Below are positions 35,393-50,300 of a stretch of 64,000 bases of DNA, one piece after another. A program made the position numbers and the translations under genes. A model generated the notes under the pieces. The model searched no databases and was not told the origin of the DNA. It was given only the letters and a program-made list of their open reading frames with translations. The DNA comes from Catajapyx aquilonaris. Taxonomy: Eukaryota. The stretch's first letter is position 1; every line of letters starts with the position of its first letter. Location: positions 1-64,000 of the forward strand of contig JYFJ02001715.1 in assembly GCA_000934665.2 (NCBI GenBank), read 5' to 3'.

Positions 35393-38300
35393 GGACTTTG
35401 GCAGTGGCCATTGTAGGAGACGGAGAGGTCTCCCTTCTTCCTGCAAGCCCTCTTCAGGAGCCGACAGAGACTTCGGTATGATCGTCCGTCGGTACCGCAC
35501 ACAGGACCTTTCTGACGACGACGCTTGCACTCCGGGGCGCATACGCACCGGGGGCGGCCCTCACGCATGACGCAACGCTTGCCCTCGCCGCACGACACGT
35601 TGTCGCACGTCTCTGCAAAAATAAAAACGTCAAGGAGAATAATTAGTTAATACCCATTTCGTAGGCTACCTAATTTTATCACAATTAAATACAAATAAAT
35701 AAATATATGTAAATAAATATTTGCAGCTTGTGCGAGATGCCTGAAAGGTTAGCTATCATAAGCCAGGTTTATTGCTTCTGACACAGCCAACCCCCGACTT
35801 ACGTAGTTACGTAGCTTCGACTTACGTAAAAAAACCGTCATGGACAAAATTTTACGCAAGTTACCTGTACAAAAAGTAATTCGCGTACTTTTACGTAACA
35901 TACGTAACGCGTTTACTTAACATTTACATGATTTATGTAACATTTACGTGATTTACGTAAATGACGTTACATAAATTACATTTATGTTACGCAAATCACG
36001 TAAATGTTACGTAATCTACGCAATTGTAGAGTAATTTGAATACTTTTCATGTAACTTACATAACATTTACGTACGTACTTCACGTAACATATTTGTGATT
36101 TGCGTAACATCAACGTACTTTACGTAACATATTTGTGATTTGCGTAACATAAACGGTCCGTAATGTATGTAACATTTACCGGTACGTCTTTTACGTACTC
36201 TTACGTAACATTTACGTCTTTTACGTGCTCTTACGTAACATTTACCTCTTTTACGTGCTCTTACGTTACATTTACGTATTTTACGTACTCTTACGTAAAA
36301 GACGTCTTTTACGTAACATTTACGTGATTTACTTACTTTACGCAATTTTAATGTAATTTGCGTACATTAAGAAACGGATTGGTGTGCTGATTTCGAAGCC
36401 ACTAAGTACGTAAATAAAATGATAAATAAATAAATAAATAAATAATCGTCTTGAATGAACTTTTCGATAGGGCTGGAAGTAGGATCACACAAGTCTTGTA
36501 GATAAGAAACTTTCAGGAAATGAGCGCACAAAATGTTATTTTTATAAGTAGCTTATCTGCTGCTCCTGCTTAGTTCCGTTTGTTAGTTCAAATGCTACGG
36601 AATATTGTTGCGAACTGTCGGCATGTAATGAAGTTCTGGTCTAGTAATGAACGAATATATTTATTATTAATGAAGAACAGAACCAGGATTCACTTGTTTG
36701 TAGATGGTCTCAGGGACCCCAATTTTCTAAAATAAAACCAGCCCTTCAATTATAATCAGACTAGTTCTTTTTAGCAATCTATTCAATAAGATGCTGTTGT
36801 ATACATCGGATGGTAATGAGACCTGTTAATGACCCGGTTGATTAACGCAACAGGTGTCTTAGACTACCACTCTGGGACCATTTCACACACAGACCATCCC
36901 CCCCCCCCCCCCNCTCTTGAAAGAAAATAGGATCGACGCCCTCGGTCTCTCATAGGTCTATCTCCCATCATTCAATGATATACGAGCCCTTGCAACAAAG
37001 GGGTGGGGGAAAGCCTATTATTTCTCTGTGGAGGGAAAAGGGGGACAATTTCGAAGCAGACTAGCGCACCGTCTAGACTACTTTAGACCTCTAAATCATT
37101 CTTCCCATTGCAACCCTCACCGGACAACCAACCGAAAAAGAAATACCAGACTTCCCGTCGCCCATAGGGATTTTTCTTACGAGCTTGGAAGATCACTTAA
37201 TAATAACAGGCTTGAAATGTCAAATCATTTTCATCCTTGACCTTCGAAAGAGAGGCTGGGACCATGCAACAGATGCACTTTCAGGTTGCACTAAGACTCA
37301 GCAAGCAACAGGTTTCTTCCCCCAGGTTTTTGTTGTTGTTGTTTGCTCGTTGTTGCGGTTCGCATGTTAATAGCCTGAGAATACCAAGGCTGCAACTGCA
37401 TCCATTTACGCCCAGTTAATGCAAGTGCAAGGCATAAACTGCATTCTTTATTATTTATGTTCAGGGGTCCCGAAGTTGGCCAACTTTGACCTTTAACCTT
37501 GGTTATACCGTGTAATTTTAAAATATTTTTCTGTTTATCAACAAAGAACATACTGACAAAACAACTAAACATTTGATATTTGTGCCACTGTCTTACATCG
37601 AGCCCCCTGACACTCCTACCCCAGCCTTATTGAGACCCCTGTATCATTTTGTGAAGGGTAGTTTTTTTTTTACATACCCCGTGATAGGGAGGAGACCTCT
37701 TAGGGGGGAAGGGAAGGTTCCCAAGGGAGGGCGCTGTAATTTTAGTCATTTCTGACTTTGTGAAATACACCAGACCTTTTCTCCTGGCCCTGGGCAGAGT
37801 CGGGAGTGCAATTCTGCCCCGGCATGTCGGGTGAAAAGCGGAAAAAGACCTGATCAAGCAGAGGTGACGGGGACGGGATTTGAACCCCGGACTCCCGCTT
37901 GGCTGGCCAGTGGCGTAACCACTAGACCACCATGCCTCCCTCATGTGAGCTTAGTTCATCCATACGTAGGGAGGGGGGTTTCCGCTTCGGCGCTGGTGTA
38001 GTCTCCAAGTTCCTGGCGGACAATTCTGCACTTAGCATCGATATACAGTTGACTCCGGATCTTGCTCCGGATATAACAGACTTCAAGGGACCGCGGAAAA
38101 ATGTCTGTTATGACCGAGGTATGTTATAGCCAACTGGCCACTTTTTCAACGAATAGACAAGTTTTCTGATTTCCATATGCTTATAATGCACACTACTGCA
38201 TTTATTAACGAAACTATCCACACAAAAAATGCAAAATTGGCTCACCCCTTAATTAGGCAGCATCACAAAAGGTCATTTTTTACTGCTGCCTCCTTATTGC

Positions 38301-41300
38301 CAAATATACCATGAAAAGTATGAATTTGCATAACTTTGATCAGTGACAGATGGGAAAATCACCCCCATCCAATATTCTTCCTGCACGTGGAAAATGAATT
38401 TTAATCATAAAAAACAGACCCCCCCCAGAGGGACCAAAAAATGGTTTGTTATAGCCGAGATGAGATGAAACTGAATCTGTTATATCAGGAGTATAAAATA
38501 CACAGGGGCTTATGGAAGTAAGGCGGGACCAGCCTTTCGAGTATGTTATAACCGAGGCTATTGGTCGGAGTCAACCGTATTTGTATAGCATGGTACTATA
38601 ATATATAAAGGTCTGGTCACTCCCCTTTTATCGCTTTCAGTTATCAGTTCTCACCTGTAGGGATGAGTGGGATTGCCGCTTCGGCGCTGGTGTAGTCCCC
38701 CAAGTGTGTGGCAATCCTAGCGGACGATTCTGGTTTTAGTAGAAGCACTTCGTATCGATATCACAAGATGGTGGATTCTACTAAAGGCAGCGTCCGCCAG
38801 GATTGCCACACACCAGCTACACCAGCGCCGAAGCGGAAACCTCACTCCCTACGCGTCTATGGGTCTCCATAAGGCTGGGGTAGGAATGTCAGGAGCCTAG
38901 TTTTAACCAATTTTTATTTATTTTTTAAATATTATCATTAAACTTTCGTGTACCTTTACAGGGCTTGCAGGGCACCCCTCCTAGCATGAACCGCCAGAAG
39001 AAGAGACTTCCAGATTCCAGATCTTCCTTGCTCCAGGCGGTGTAAACGTCTCCAGAGGCACAACACTCTTCTCTGGCCACTTTCACCTTCAGAAGAGTGG
39101 TGCAGCTTCCAGTCTTGGCTATACCGCTCCAACAATATCCTCCTGGAAAGAAAAGAAAAAAAAAGAACAAGCCACATTAACAGAAGCTGTCCAGCTTCTT
39201 TTACACACTTAAACTCCCTCCTTATCTGGATCCTAATTGGTGGTCATTACAGCCTTCCCAGTCGTAATACCCAGGTTGAAGATGAAGCACACCCTCAAAT
39301 CATGGCCCGAATAGAGTTATAAATCAAGTCACACTGGGAATAAAATACCGATATTGTGACCTGGTCCAAATGATATGATTTTGTAGACGCGTAGGTCTGC
39401 AATTACGGAAATTGAGGTTGGGCTAATGAGGGTAAACCACCACTCATATGTAATCAATCCACGTCTTCAAAAGGGCTGAGGGTCACCTTAACCACCTGTG
39501 AGTTGTGTGACACGTCTGCTCTTTTTTCAAATGCGGTGCACAACATATACGAAGGACATCACAAAAGATGTTATAGAAATTTAGTCACTTAATTTTACAG
39601 CTATTGCAACATTGGGAGCTATTCACATTCCATTCTCTTTACCCATTCATTCTTTTTATGACTCAAAATGCCTTGTTTACCTCAATGCCACACCCCTTTC
39701 TATCAGACATACCCCCTCAGGTGTTACACTATATGCTGCACTTTCGACCTTGACGCCAATCCTGTACTTTAATAAACGTGCTCTACATGCACGATTATCC
39801 AGGTGCAAAAATTCCAGAAATGCAAACAAATTTAATCACACTTATGCATAATGTTGTATATACAATGTGAATAAAATAATTTTATTCACATTGTAAATAA
39901 TTATTATTTACAATGTATCCTAATAGGACCTATAGGCACACAATGATGATCCATGACTTAAAAGTGCGAAAAGATGAATAAATATGATGCATAAAAATAT
40001 AATTCACATTAGTGCATAACTTTATATACTGGGTGCATAAAATAATTCGCAATTCACAATGACGCATAATTTTGTATACAATGTGAATAAAATTATTTAC
40101 AATGCGAATAAAATTATTTACAATGCGAATAAAATTATTTACAATGCGAGTAAAATTATTTACAATGTGAATAAAATTATTTACAATGTCAATAAAATTA
40201 TTTACATTGTGAATAAAATTATTTACGATGTTTATTTACAAATGCTACAAATTAATGCTAATTCGAGTAATTATAAAAAAATTAAAATGTGAATAAATAT
40301 GCTGTGTAAAATTAATAATTCATACTGGTTCATAACTTCATATACTGGGTGCATAAAATAATCCACAGTGGTGCATATTTTTATACAGTAGCTGCATAAT
40401 ACGTAATTCACAATGGTGCATAGCTTTATACGTACTTAACTTATATAAAATAATTTTGAAAAGATATATTTTAAACACTGGTCGGATAAAATATATTCAC
40501 CGAATTGCATAAAGTAATTTACGATAGTGCATATTTTTATATACGGAACCTATATTTTTTTCCAGCCAGTTCATTGCACCTACAACAATTCATATTTTCT
40601 TCCCCTACAAATCTTGGTACATGATCGGGGTCGCAAGTGGCCCTGAATACCTGAGTAGAACTTGATGACACTGCTCATACATCCCTATGTTATCAGATCG
40701 AAATGTAAAAAACCATGAAGGACTGTTATAAAATACATCTCCCATTGCCAAGAGCCCACCTTTGAAATCTTATGTGACTCAACATACTTGGGGGGGGGGG
40801 TTTCAAAAATGACGCAATTTTTTTTTTGGGAGGTCCACCTTTTAAACTAGGTGTCCTTGAAGAAACGACATTCCCATGAAGGTGGGCCGATTTCCGGACC
40901 CACTTACCCCCCCGAAAATGGCCAAGAAGTTTGAATGGGATGCCCTTCGGTTTTTTTTATTATTATTTTGAGAAGGCATCAAACTCAAGCCATGATCAGA
41001 AAACATCTTGGGCTGGCAACCCCCTCTATATATTTTTTTTATACCCGTTTCGTACCCACTTCCTTGTGGTGGCGATGCCCAAGTTTCCTAATATGGTGAG
41101 ACGAAACTGTAGGGCCGAGCAACGTTTCCTGATGAAGCTGTGGGGGCAAATCTCAGAAGGTCGTCTCTACCTGCACTCACCTGTAAATTAGTTCGGTTCT
41201 AACCCCCCCCCCCCTCCACCGCCACCAAAAAAAATGGGCACTAAAATATGTACTAAAAATGTTTAGTCCACATTTAATAAGTTATGGTCAGGAATGTGGC

Positions 41301-44300
41301 TGATGCGACACAAAGTATTGTTTACAACCGATTTTTCGGTGCAACAATGGGCATACCTAACAATAAAAAAAAGGCCAGGTGATCCCGAACCTTTTGTTAA
41401 ACCCCACCTTTTGTTGGTTAGTTGTTTACGAGCGGATTTTCCCTTCCTAAAATTCAGGTGGGGGGCTATACAATCCTCCCTCTGAAAAATTCCAGGTAGC
41501 ATTGTTGGAAGTTCCCCCATAAAAATAAAAAGACCAATTGTTACGTGCGTTATGTACAACCCAAGGTCGTACGTTACGGTCCACCCGGTTGCTTTTTGCA
41601 ACAAGAACAACAACAACAACAAAAAAAGAGGGTCAACCGCACTTTCGACGGAGATATTTATTGACCTGAATGCAAAACAACATTCTTGGCTTCCCTCGCG
41701 CCCTTTGGAGGCATCCCTTGTTAGTCCTAATGTAAACCCATCCCCCGAACCTCAAAACACACATTTGCTCAGGCAGTAAAAATATTTCTGAGCTGAGTCG
41801 GTCTTGTTCGTATACGTGCTGAAGGAAGCCCCCCATCCCCCCNCCCCCCACCCCCGCCCAGTCCATACTTAATTTGTATGGCAACAATGGTAACTATAAA
41901 GGTCCGGTTGTACAGGGCTGGATATTAATGGTATTGTACTGGTGGTGCCTCAAGCGGTTGGCGATAAATGAGCAAATCGGAGTGATAAATTTCCAACCAA
42001 TACATGTATAGCTTCTATTTGATATTTTTCTGCAATCGGGGCTCGTGGCACCACCAGTATCGGTACGACATAAGCAGCACTGAAAAATAGCCAGGAAAAA
42101 TTTATAAATGTAATATATTATACGAAGAAATTATTACTTTTTATTTTTACCCTATTTTATTTACATAGTGTATTTTACTTATATTTATTCTTCTATATTA
42201 TATTTACTTATTTTATTCACTATTTAATTTATTGTGCAATTTTATTCATGATTTAATTTATTGTGCTATTTTATTCATTATTTAATATATTGTGTTATTT
42301 TATTCATTTCTATTTTTATATCATTCGCAGTTTCATAACATATTTTACGTTTTGTTTAGGTTTTGCATTTTTATTATGGTGTATTGTATATTCTATTTTT
42401 ATTTATTATTTTATTCTTTACTGTATATTCTATTTTTATTTATTATTTTATTCCTTACCGTATATTCTATTTTTATTTATTGTTTTATTCGTTATTTTAT
42501 TTATTTAATTATTTCATTAGTCTTTTTCAATTTACTGTTATTATTTTCATAATAATTTAATTTTATATTAATCGTACCATATTTTGTTAATTATTTTTAC
42601 TTACATTTTATTATTTATATTATATTATTTATGTGCTACTTTATTCGTTTATTGTATTATTTATCTGTTACTTTATTACTCGTAATTATTTATATATTAT
42701 ATTATTTGTATTTATTATTTATTTATTATTTGCGAATACATTTATTTATTCTGTAATTATACGAATAATATCATATACGGTACGTTGTATCGTAAAATTC
42801 ACAAATGAATGCGGAATAAAAATGTGAAAGAAAACAAAATTTCTGCGGGCAAATTTTGGTGACTCGGGGCCATTTGGAAAGTTTCAGGTTACGAAACGGT
42901 CCGCTTTACCCACAAAATTGCAGTAATCCCACCATCTCCTAGGTTGCCAATTAATCTTTTTGAACACACTTATTGGTACCATTCGCTAACTTATTTTTCC
43001 CTCAGGCCAAAGTTAACCATCCTCAAGGCCAGAAATTGTACAGTTTTCTCTGTTGCGATGAGGCAAAAAGGGTTTCCCTCCAAGGGCAAGGCTTAGTGGA
43101 GGACCTGCCCTCCACTAGCCAGACGGACAAGAAACGCTGACCAACGCCCAGGCCCCGTTTTTAGAAAACGCGACGTGCAATTATTGCACTTTTTTTGGGG
43201 CTTAATTCCCATCGTCTGGTATTTTATTTCGCAAAAATGTGTAGGTGTTGCATAACAATTAAATTTGCGGGTAAATTCTCATTCTGCAGGCCCGCTAATC
43301 TTCCTGGCGCATAATGATGGAGTTGATACGACTTAATATGATGGTTGTGGTCAGCTCCTTTTGTTTTTGTAAATCGTTTTAAAAAAAAAATAATCTACTC
43401 TAGATTTTTGACCGGATTGGCGTGTCCCGGAGACTAACATACTGATGAAAATTTTTCGCAGACACTAAGTCGTCACGCACGGAAAATCCGACCGGATCAA
43501 ACTCCTCGACTGACCCTGTGGAGGGTCACAAGGCAAATGTCCTTTAGAACTAGGCTCAAATATCGTGTCACCAAAATAAATAAAAAGGTTAAATTTAAAT
43601 CGATTTTATTCCATCAAAAATTGAATTAGATCGGAAAATAATTATCAGTATCGATATATATGAAATTTTCCGATATGATCGCTTTTTATTGGTGCATATT
43701 CATTCGATTAATGAAATTGACTGAATATCGTTCTTAATATTTGCTATATTTGTATATATACAAATATAGAAAATATTAAGAAAATTTCATTAATCGAATG
43801 AATATGCACCAATAAAAATCGATCATATCGGAAAATTTCAGTATCGATTTGTACCATTGCTTTTAAAAACAAAATTACTAATTAAGTGATTTTCAATATT
43901 AAAGTAGCCTAATGATGATGTTATTTATATATGACGGATAAATGCATTATATTATTATGTAAAAAAAATAAGTATCGACACAAGTCAATGGTATCCTTGA
44001 AAATATAATAAAAGATGAAATTTCAGTATCGACAGATAGTTTCGTCGAACATTAATATTCATGCAGAAAAATTTCATATAATTTTAAAAACAGTTATTCA
44101 ATTTTTCATTAGATTTTGATTCAATATTCGTAGTTTGATTTTAATTCAAATTTTAATTCGATTTTGATTTTAATTTTAATTTGATTTTAAGTACAGCCGT
44201 ATAGCAAAGAGCTCACAGTTACAAACCAGACAAAAAAGAGTGATGCCCAAGACGAATCGCTCCTTTGCATTGAACAAACCCAAGTGTTATCATGCCAAGT

Positions 44301-47300
44301 CTGTTTCCTCCTCATGTTTAATGAAACCCCGATTAATTAACATGACGCATTGGAGTGTGTAAGAGCCGTGAAGGTCAGACAGTTGTTTCAGGTGTATAAC
44401 CCATTACGTGCAAACTTTCAAGTAATGACTATACCCCATTTTTGGATACCCTGTTTTTTTCCAGTATAAAAGTTTTTGGCTCCCACTTTACAGTATAACG
44501 AGGCGACAAGTCATTAAGGAGAAATCTTGAGGGTCCTTGTGACTCCTTCCGGTTCATTTCAAAGGTATTCCCATTTGGATGCCTACTACTTGACACCTGG
44601 TAGCGTCTCGTTAATCAAACAGTCTGATTTAACCGTCGATTAAGGAATCTATGATATTCACATTTTGAAGAAGAAAAAAGGTGCAAACAATTAGTAAACG
44701 AGTGTAATTACAATTTACACAACATATTACATGTAATTACTTCCTTGAGGTTAACGAAACGGAAAAAAAAAACATTTGAAGGGTAAGCAGGAAATTGCAG
44801 TTGACGTCACAATATTGTTAACACTATTCTACCAAAAATTTCCTAGTAACTAGCTAATAAAATTCATTTGCTACAAGTTTATTCGCCCTTGAGAGCTATA
44901 AAATCCGACCAGGATATGAATGGATACCGTTTTGCTTTTACAGCCTTCCCTATTCTTATACCTTGCTTACCATGGGTAAGACTACAAAAAAAAAAACTAC
45001 TATTTAAAAAAAAAACTATCAGTTGGTACATATAATGACGCTTGGTTTTTCTGCCACGTATTTTCGGTCTCGTCATCCACTCTAATGGCACCTAATATAC
45101 GTGCTTCGATTTCGTATTTGCCTTTGTTGCCCTGCAGGTACATCGTGTTGAAGGTCAACTCCTGAAACCTCCAGAGTGTCTGACAGGCCATGATGAGTGG
45201 GCCACAATTCCAGTGAAATTTTTTGGTGTTGTTTACCTTGCTCATTGTTACCTTGCGAAGGCGGAGGAGGTAGTGACCAAGCCCAAAAGAAAAAGATAAA
45301 AAGAAATGGCACGTGTGATGTGCAATGACCGGTAGACTCGTAGACACGTGTAAGTAGGCGTTATAGCCAGGAATTATTTTAGGCTACTGCATGACTTGAG
45401 TTATGAGAAACTGAAGGCTGAATATATTTAGAGCAATATCGATAATGTATAAAAATATATTCTTGCACAATAACATCAAAATATATCATCATAAGATAGC
45501 AACGATGTCCATAGTATACAGTAATTATTATATCAAAATGAATATATTATTGCACAATATCATTAAAAAATCGATTATTTAACGATACTAAAATTATATA
45601 TTTGCGCAGTACCACAAAATACGATAACAAAAATATCGATAACACTCAAAATATTTTTTGCATAATACCTACCCGGAAATATCGATAACACTCAAAATAT
45701 TTTTCGCATAATACCCAGAAATATCGATTGTTTTACTATACCTGTACTAAGAATATAATATAATATAAGAATAATAATACAGTATAAAATACATATTCGT
45801 GCACAATACCATAAAACTCGATTATTTCACGATATATTAAATATCGATAATATATCAAATATTATTGTACAATACCATCTATCTCTATTATTTCACGATA
45901 TATTAACTATCGATAATAATATAAAACATTCTTGTATAATACCATAAATACTATTATTTTACGATGCCAAAATATCGATATGTAAAAATATATTCTTGCA
46001 CAAAACCATATTTATTTATTTTTTCATGAACTAAACCAAATATATCGATATTGTACAAAAGTCGACGCTGCACAATACTAAATAACAAAATTTAAAAAAA
46101 TATTAAATAAAAATTTGACCCTTACACAATGCCCGGTTATTAGTCACCCCCCGGATATTTACGTACTGGCAAAGTGTATAAGTGCGCATCAGATATTCCG
46201 ACCCCGCGCTCTTGAGAAATGTTGGCACTCGAAACAGCCGTTGTCATCGCGTTTTTATTTGGAGGAAAGTTACCAACTAGTGATAAACCAGCATGACCTT
46301 TATGTCATTTCAGAAGCTCCGCTGTTTAAAAATAAATCTTCCAGAGTACAAATTAAGTCTGGAATGAAGTACAGGCACGAGCAAAAAAAAATAAATCAGG
46401 GGAGAACAGACAAGACAAAAATTCCCAGACGATGTTGCAAATAATCACTTGCAACATTGTCTCGGCTTCTTCTATAGACAAATCTCTTAGAATTGCAAGA
46501 CTGGCTGGACCATTTAAAATTCCAGGAAGGAAACCCTCTTTGTAACTCATATTTCGACACTAATTCGACACGACATTTTCTATATAAAATATTTTCTTCA
46601 GGACATTCATTTCACTCTACCCTCTTTTTTTTTGCACAGTTAGAACCGGCCTACATGGGGATATAATTATCTTCCATTCCTACAACACCCTTTTAAGATT
46701 TCGTAGCCCCTGGGCAATACCAAGATCCCCAGACATGTCTGGATAACCGCCCACATATTCCCCCAACCCCCAAGGAGGGGAAGCCACCAATCTTTTTATA
46801 CAAATTTTTTTTGGCAATAATTTAGACCCTCGTCTTGCAGAGTCGCCGAAACCGGCATTACTTTCTTAGAAGAACTACTATTACAAAGATTAGCTTTTCG
46901 ACACTATTTATTTGCAAGGTTTGTTACCTACCCCTTTTAAACGGCTGCTTTGTATAATTCTGTCTGTTGCACAATATTTTTTTTCCATAATAATATTGCT
47001 CGAAAATCTGGCCTTGAAAATCGTGATGCCAAGAGCGTCTAGATTTTTAATTTTAATTGTAGGAATTTCTAAAATATTATTTAAAAATTTTAATAATAAT
47101 TTCTACACCAATATTGAGTTCAGAAACATTTTCTTCGCTTTAGGTCGTTTGTTATCGGCATTTGTTCGTTTGCGTTCGTTATTTGTTCGTTTGTGTCATT
47201 TGCGTTCGTTATTTGTTCGTTTGTGTTCGCTTTTTATTCGTTTTTAGTCGATATTTGTTCGTTTTTGGTCGTCTGTTGTAGCTAATTGTTCGTTTGTGTC

Positions 47301-50300
47301 GTTTGCGTTCGTTATTTGTTCGTTTGTGTTCGTTTATGTTCGCTATTTCTTCGTTTTTTGGTCGTCTGTTGTCGCTATTAGTTAGTTTGTGTCATTTGCG
47401 TTTGCTATTTGTTAGTTTGTTATCGCTACTTGTTCGTTTGTGTAGGTTATTTGGTGACTTTTGCTCGTTTCTGTCGTTTGCTATCGCAATTCTTCATTAT
47501 TTGTTCGTTTTTGATAGTCTTTTATCGCCATCTGTTCGTTTTTGATCGTCTTCTATCGTTATTTGTTCGTTTTCGTTCGTTATTTGTTCATGTATGTCGT
47601 TTGTGTTCGCTATTTCAAGCCAGATTACGCAATGAGGCTTTTGTCACCGGATGTCCATTGCAGATATATACGAGGACATCATAGCCCATGTTAGTCATGG
47701 ACGCTATTAACTCCCTGACGCCAATTAACTCCGGCGGCCATTTTCTTGCCATTCGAGTCCGCCTCCACGATTGTTCACCTGTCATCCCAATAATTTAGAG
47801 CCCTGGTCAGCCCAGGATCGTAACTCAAGCTGGACAGCAAGAATGATGAATTTAAATACCCTTCCCATGACGCTTTAAAAAAAAATCGTTCAAAAAATTA
47901 GTGGTCGGCAGTAAAACCACACAATATAGGTCATCACGCCCCGGTTTTAACAATTCGTTTTAAGCCTAGGGTGATGACGTAAGACAAGTTCCTCCTCAGG
48001 TAATGTGATGGCATTTTGCTCTCAAATACATTTTATTTCGCACCTTCAAACGATATTTAGTGTCTTTTGCGAGATGGTACAATAGCACAGATATTTGGTG
48101 AAAAAAATTGGACCAGGTGCAGCCTGTATTTCAAAAGTAATTATGGAGCCTGACTTTGGTGACTCATGAACATGTGCAGTGGTCAAAGCTCAAGATAGCC
48201 CAGACTTTGCCACCTTGGGAGAACGTGCTATTTTCGAAGCCCATGCTCTCGAGAGAAATTCCGTTCTGCCATCGGTGACCTGGGGGCATTTTGGTCCCTT
48301 AGGGCTGGAGCAAACGATGAGATTTGGGAGAAACCAGTTGCCCCAGAAACCACTCGAAAAAGCATACAGCGCATGCGCCAGGAGCACGCCCAAATTTCAA
48401 ACACGCTTCAACCTGGCGGAAACCTGAACGCTCAGGAAGGGGCCAGGCAACTTCTGACTGGCCCCTGCCTGAGCGTTCAGATATTCCTCAGATTGAAGCA
48501 TGTGCTTCTGGCGCATGCGCTGTAAGCTTTTCCGAGTTGATTTCAAACTAAATGCCAATATTTTTGTCAATAACTAATTGAAGAAGTTCAAAAAGTTGAA
48601 ACGATGTCAAAAATTTATTTATATAATTTATTAAAAATGTGACTCTGAGGTCAAAATGCAACCACTTCACCACTGGAGGGTTTAAAAAGCACCCTACTGG
48701 CACCCAAAAACGATTCCTGGAAGAAGCCAAAAAAAAACACAGTTTTTACGAGATGCTGATGGTTGTTTATGGGCTATTTCCAACACTGGACAGTTGCACA
48801 CAATCTGATTTGACTTTGAACATACCCCTTCCAAATACCTTGAACTTTTATTGTATACTGCATTCTGGTGCAGCCAACGGCCACAAAGTATCACTTTGAA
48901 TCCGACGGTTAAAGAGGGAGACCTTTTATTGCGGAAAAGTACAAGGCGATGCACATGCGCAGAAACCAGTTGTATTTGCATTCTAATTGGTCGAACTTTT
49001 TGGTGCAATGGCATTTGCCAGACGGGGTTGTCGCACCGGCTGACGGAAGTGCATATTCCGTTATACGTTGATTTCGTATGTGTCGTTTGTTTCCATAATT
49101 TATTAAAGTTGATGGAATTTCCCTCCCAACTTTTGTCGATGATGTTGTGTTCGTTATTTATTCGATTTTGATCACTTGTTTTGTTATTTGTTTCTGTCGT
49201 TTGATATCTTCATTTGTGCGTTTACGGTCGTTTTTTGTTCGTTTCCATCATTTGTTCTTGTTATTTGTCCGTTTCTGTCGTTTATTCTCCTTATTTGTCC
49301 ATTTCTGCTCGTTTGTAACCGCGATTTGTTCGTTTATGTCATTTAAGGTCGTAACTTGTCCGTTTCTGGTCGTTTGTTTTCATTATATGTACGTTTCTGT
49401 TCGTTCCTTCTCGTTATTTCTTCGTTTCTCTCATTTGATGCTATCATTTGTTCGTTTCCATCGTTTGTTCTCGTTATTTTATAATTTCTGCTCGTTTGTT
49501 ACAGCGATTTGTTCGTTTACGCCATTTCAGGTCGTCATTTGTCCGTTTCCGGTCGTTTACTTTTGTTATTTGTACGTTTTTGTAGTTTGCTGTGGTCATT
49601 CGTGCATTTATTGTCGTTTCTGTTCATTATTTTGTTCGTTTCCGTCGTTTTTTCGTTATATTTTGTTCGTACCTGTCGTTTCCTTTCGGTTTCAAAAGCA
49701 TGTAAATTCCTAGAAGCCATTAGTTGCTTCCTTTCCTATACACCTGGTCATTTGACCACCCCGGCTGCCTTTTACACCCAGACCCCCTTGATTCAAATCC
49801 CATATTTCCCCTAGGAGCCGCCACCCCAGTTTCCGTCTCCCGTTGCCCAGACAGTAACGCAAATGGTAAGTCGTGAAGCCGAATGTCTTTCTCCCTTTCA
49901 GAGACATTTTGACAGCGGAAGATGCGTCATTAACCTCCTAATGCCCGGGCGTTACTATAAAATAATTCAGTCTCGCCCTGACAGCAACGAGCACAAAACA
50001 AACCCCCTAGGCTCAGACCCAGCTATCTTAATCTAAAAACTTTGCCCACAAGCCAAGCGCACTTAGGTCCTGTTCCCAAAAACTCTTACTTGAATCCACC
50101 ACCAATATTTCATTCCCCTCTACAAAACATGGGCATCAGTCTAACTGTAATTGCATCCATATCTTCAACAATTCGCATTCATCTAACGTAAACAAAAAAA
50201 AAGGGTGGAAACGAACCTGGAGAAGACATTGTTTGAATTCAAATGAAGGAAAGACTTTCAAGATTGACATGCTTACGAGGCGATTACGACTGTCGTCTGA

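Noticed and set aside
37850..37938. tRNA gene candidates here and at ~54135-54211, ~54450-54529 and ~61420-61500
   Set aside because: A/B boxes are present but the acceptor stems do not pair and the sequences continue into SINE bodies; called SINEs instead.
47140..49814. Long hydrophobic ORFs such as 49147-49713 (188 aa) and 46912-47247
   Set aside because: They are translations of T-rich degenerate repeats with no protein-like features.
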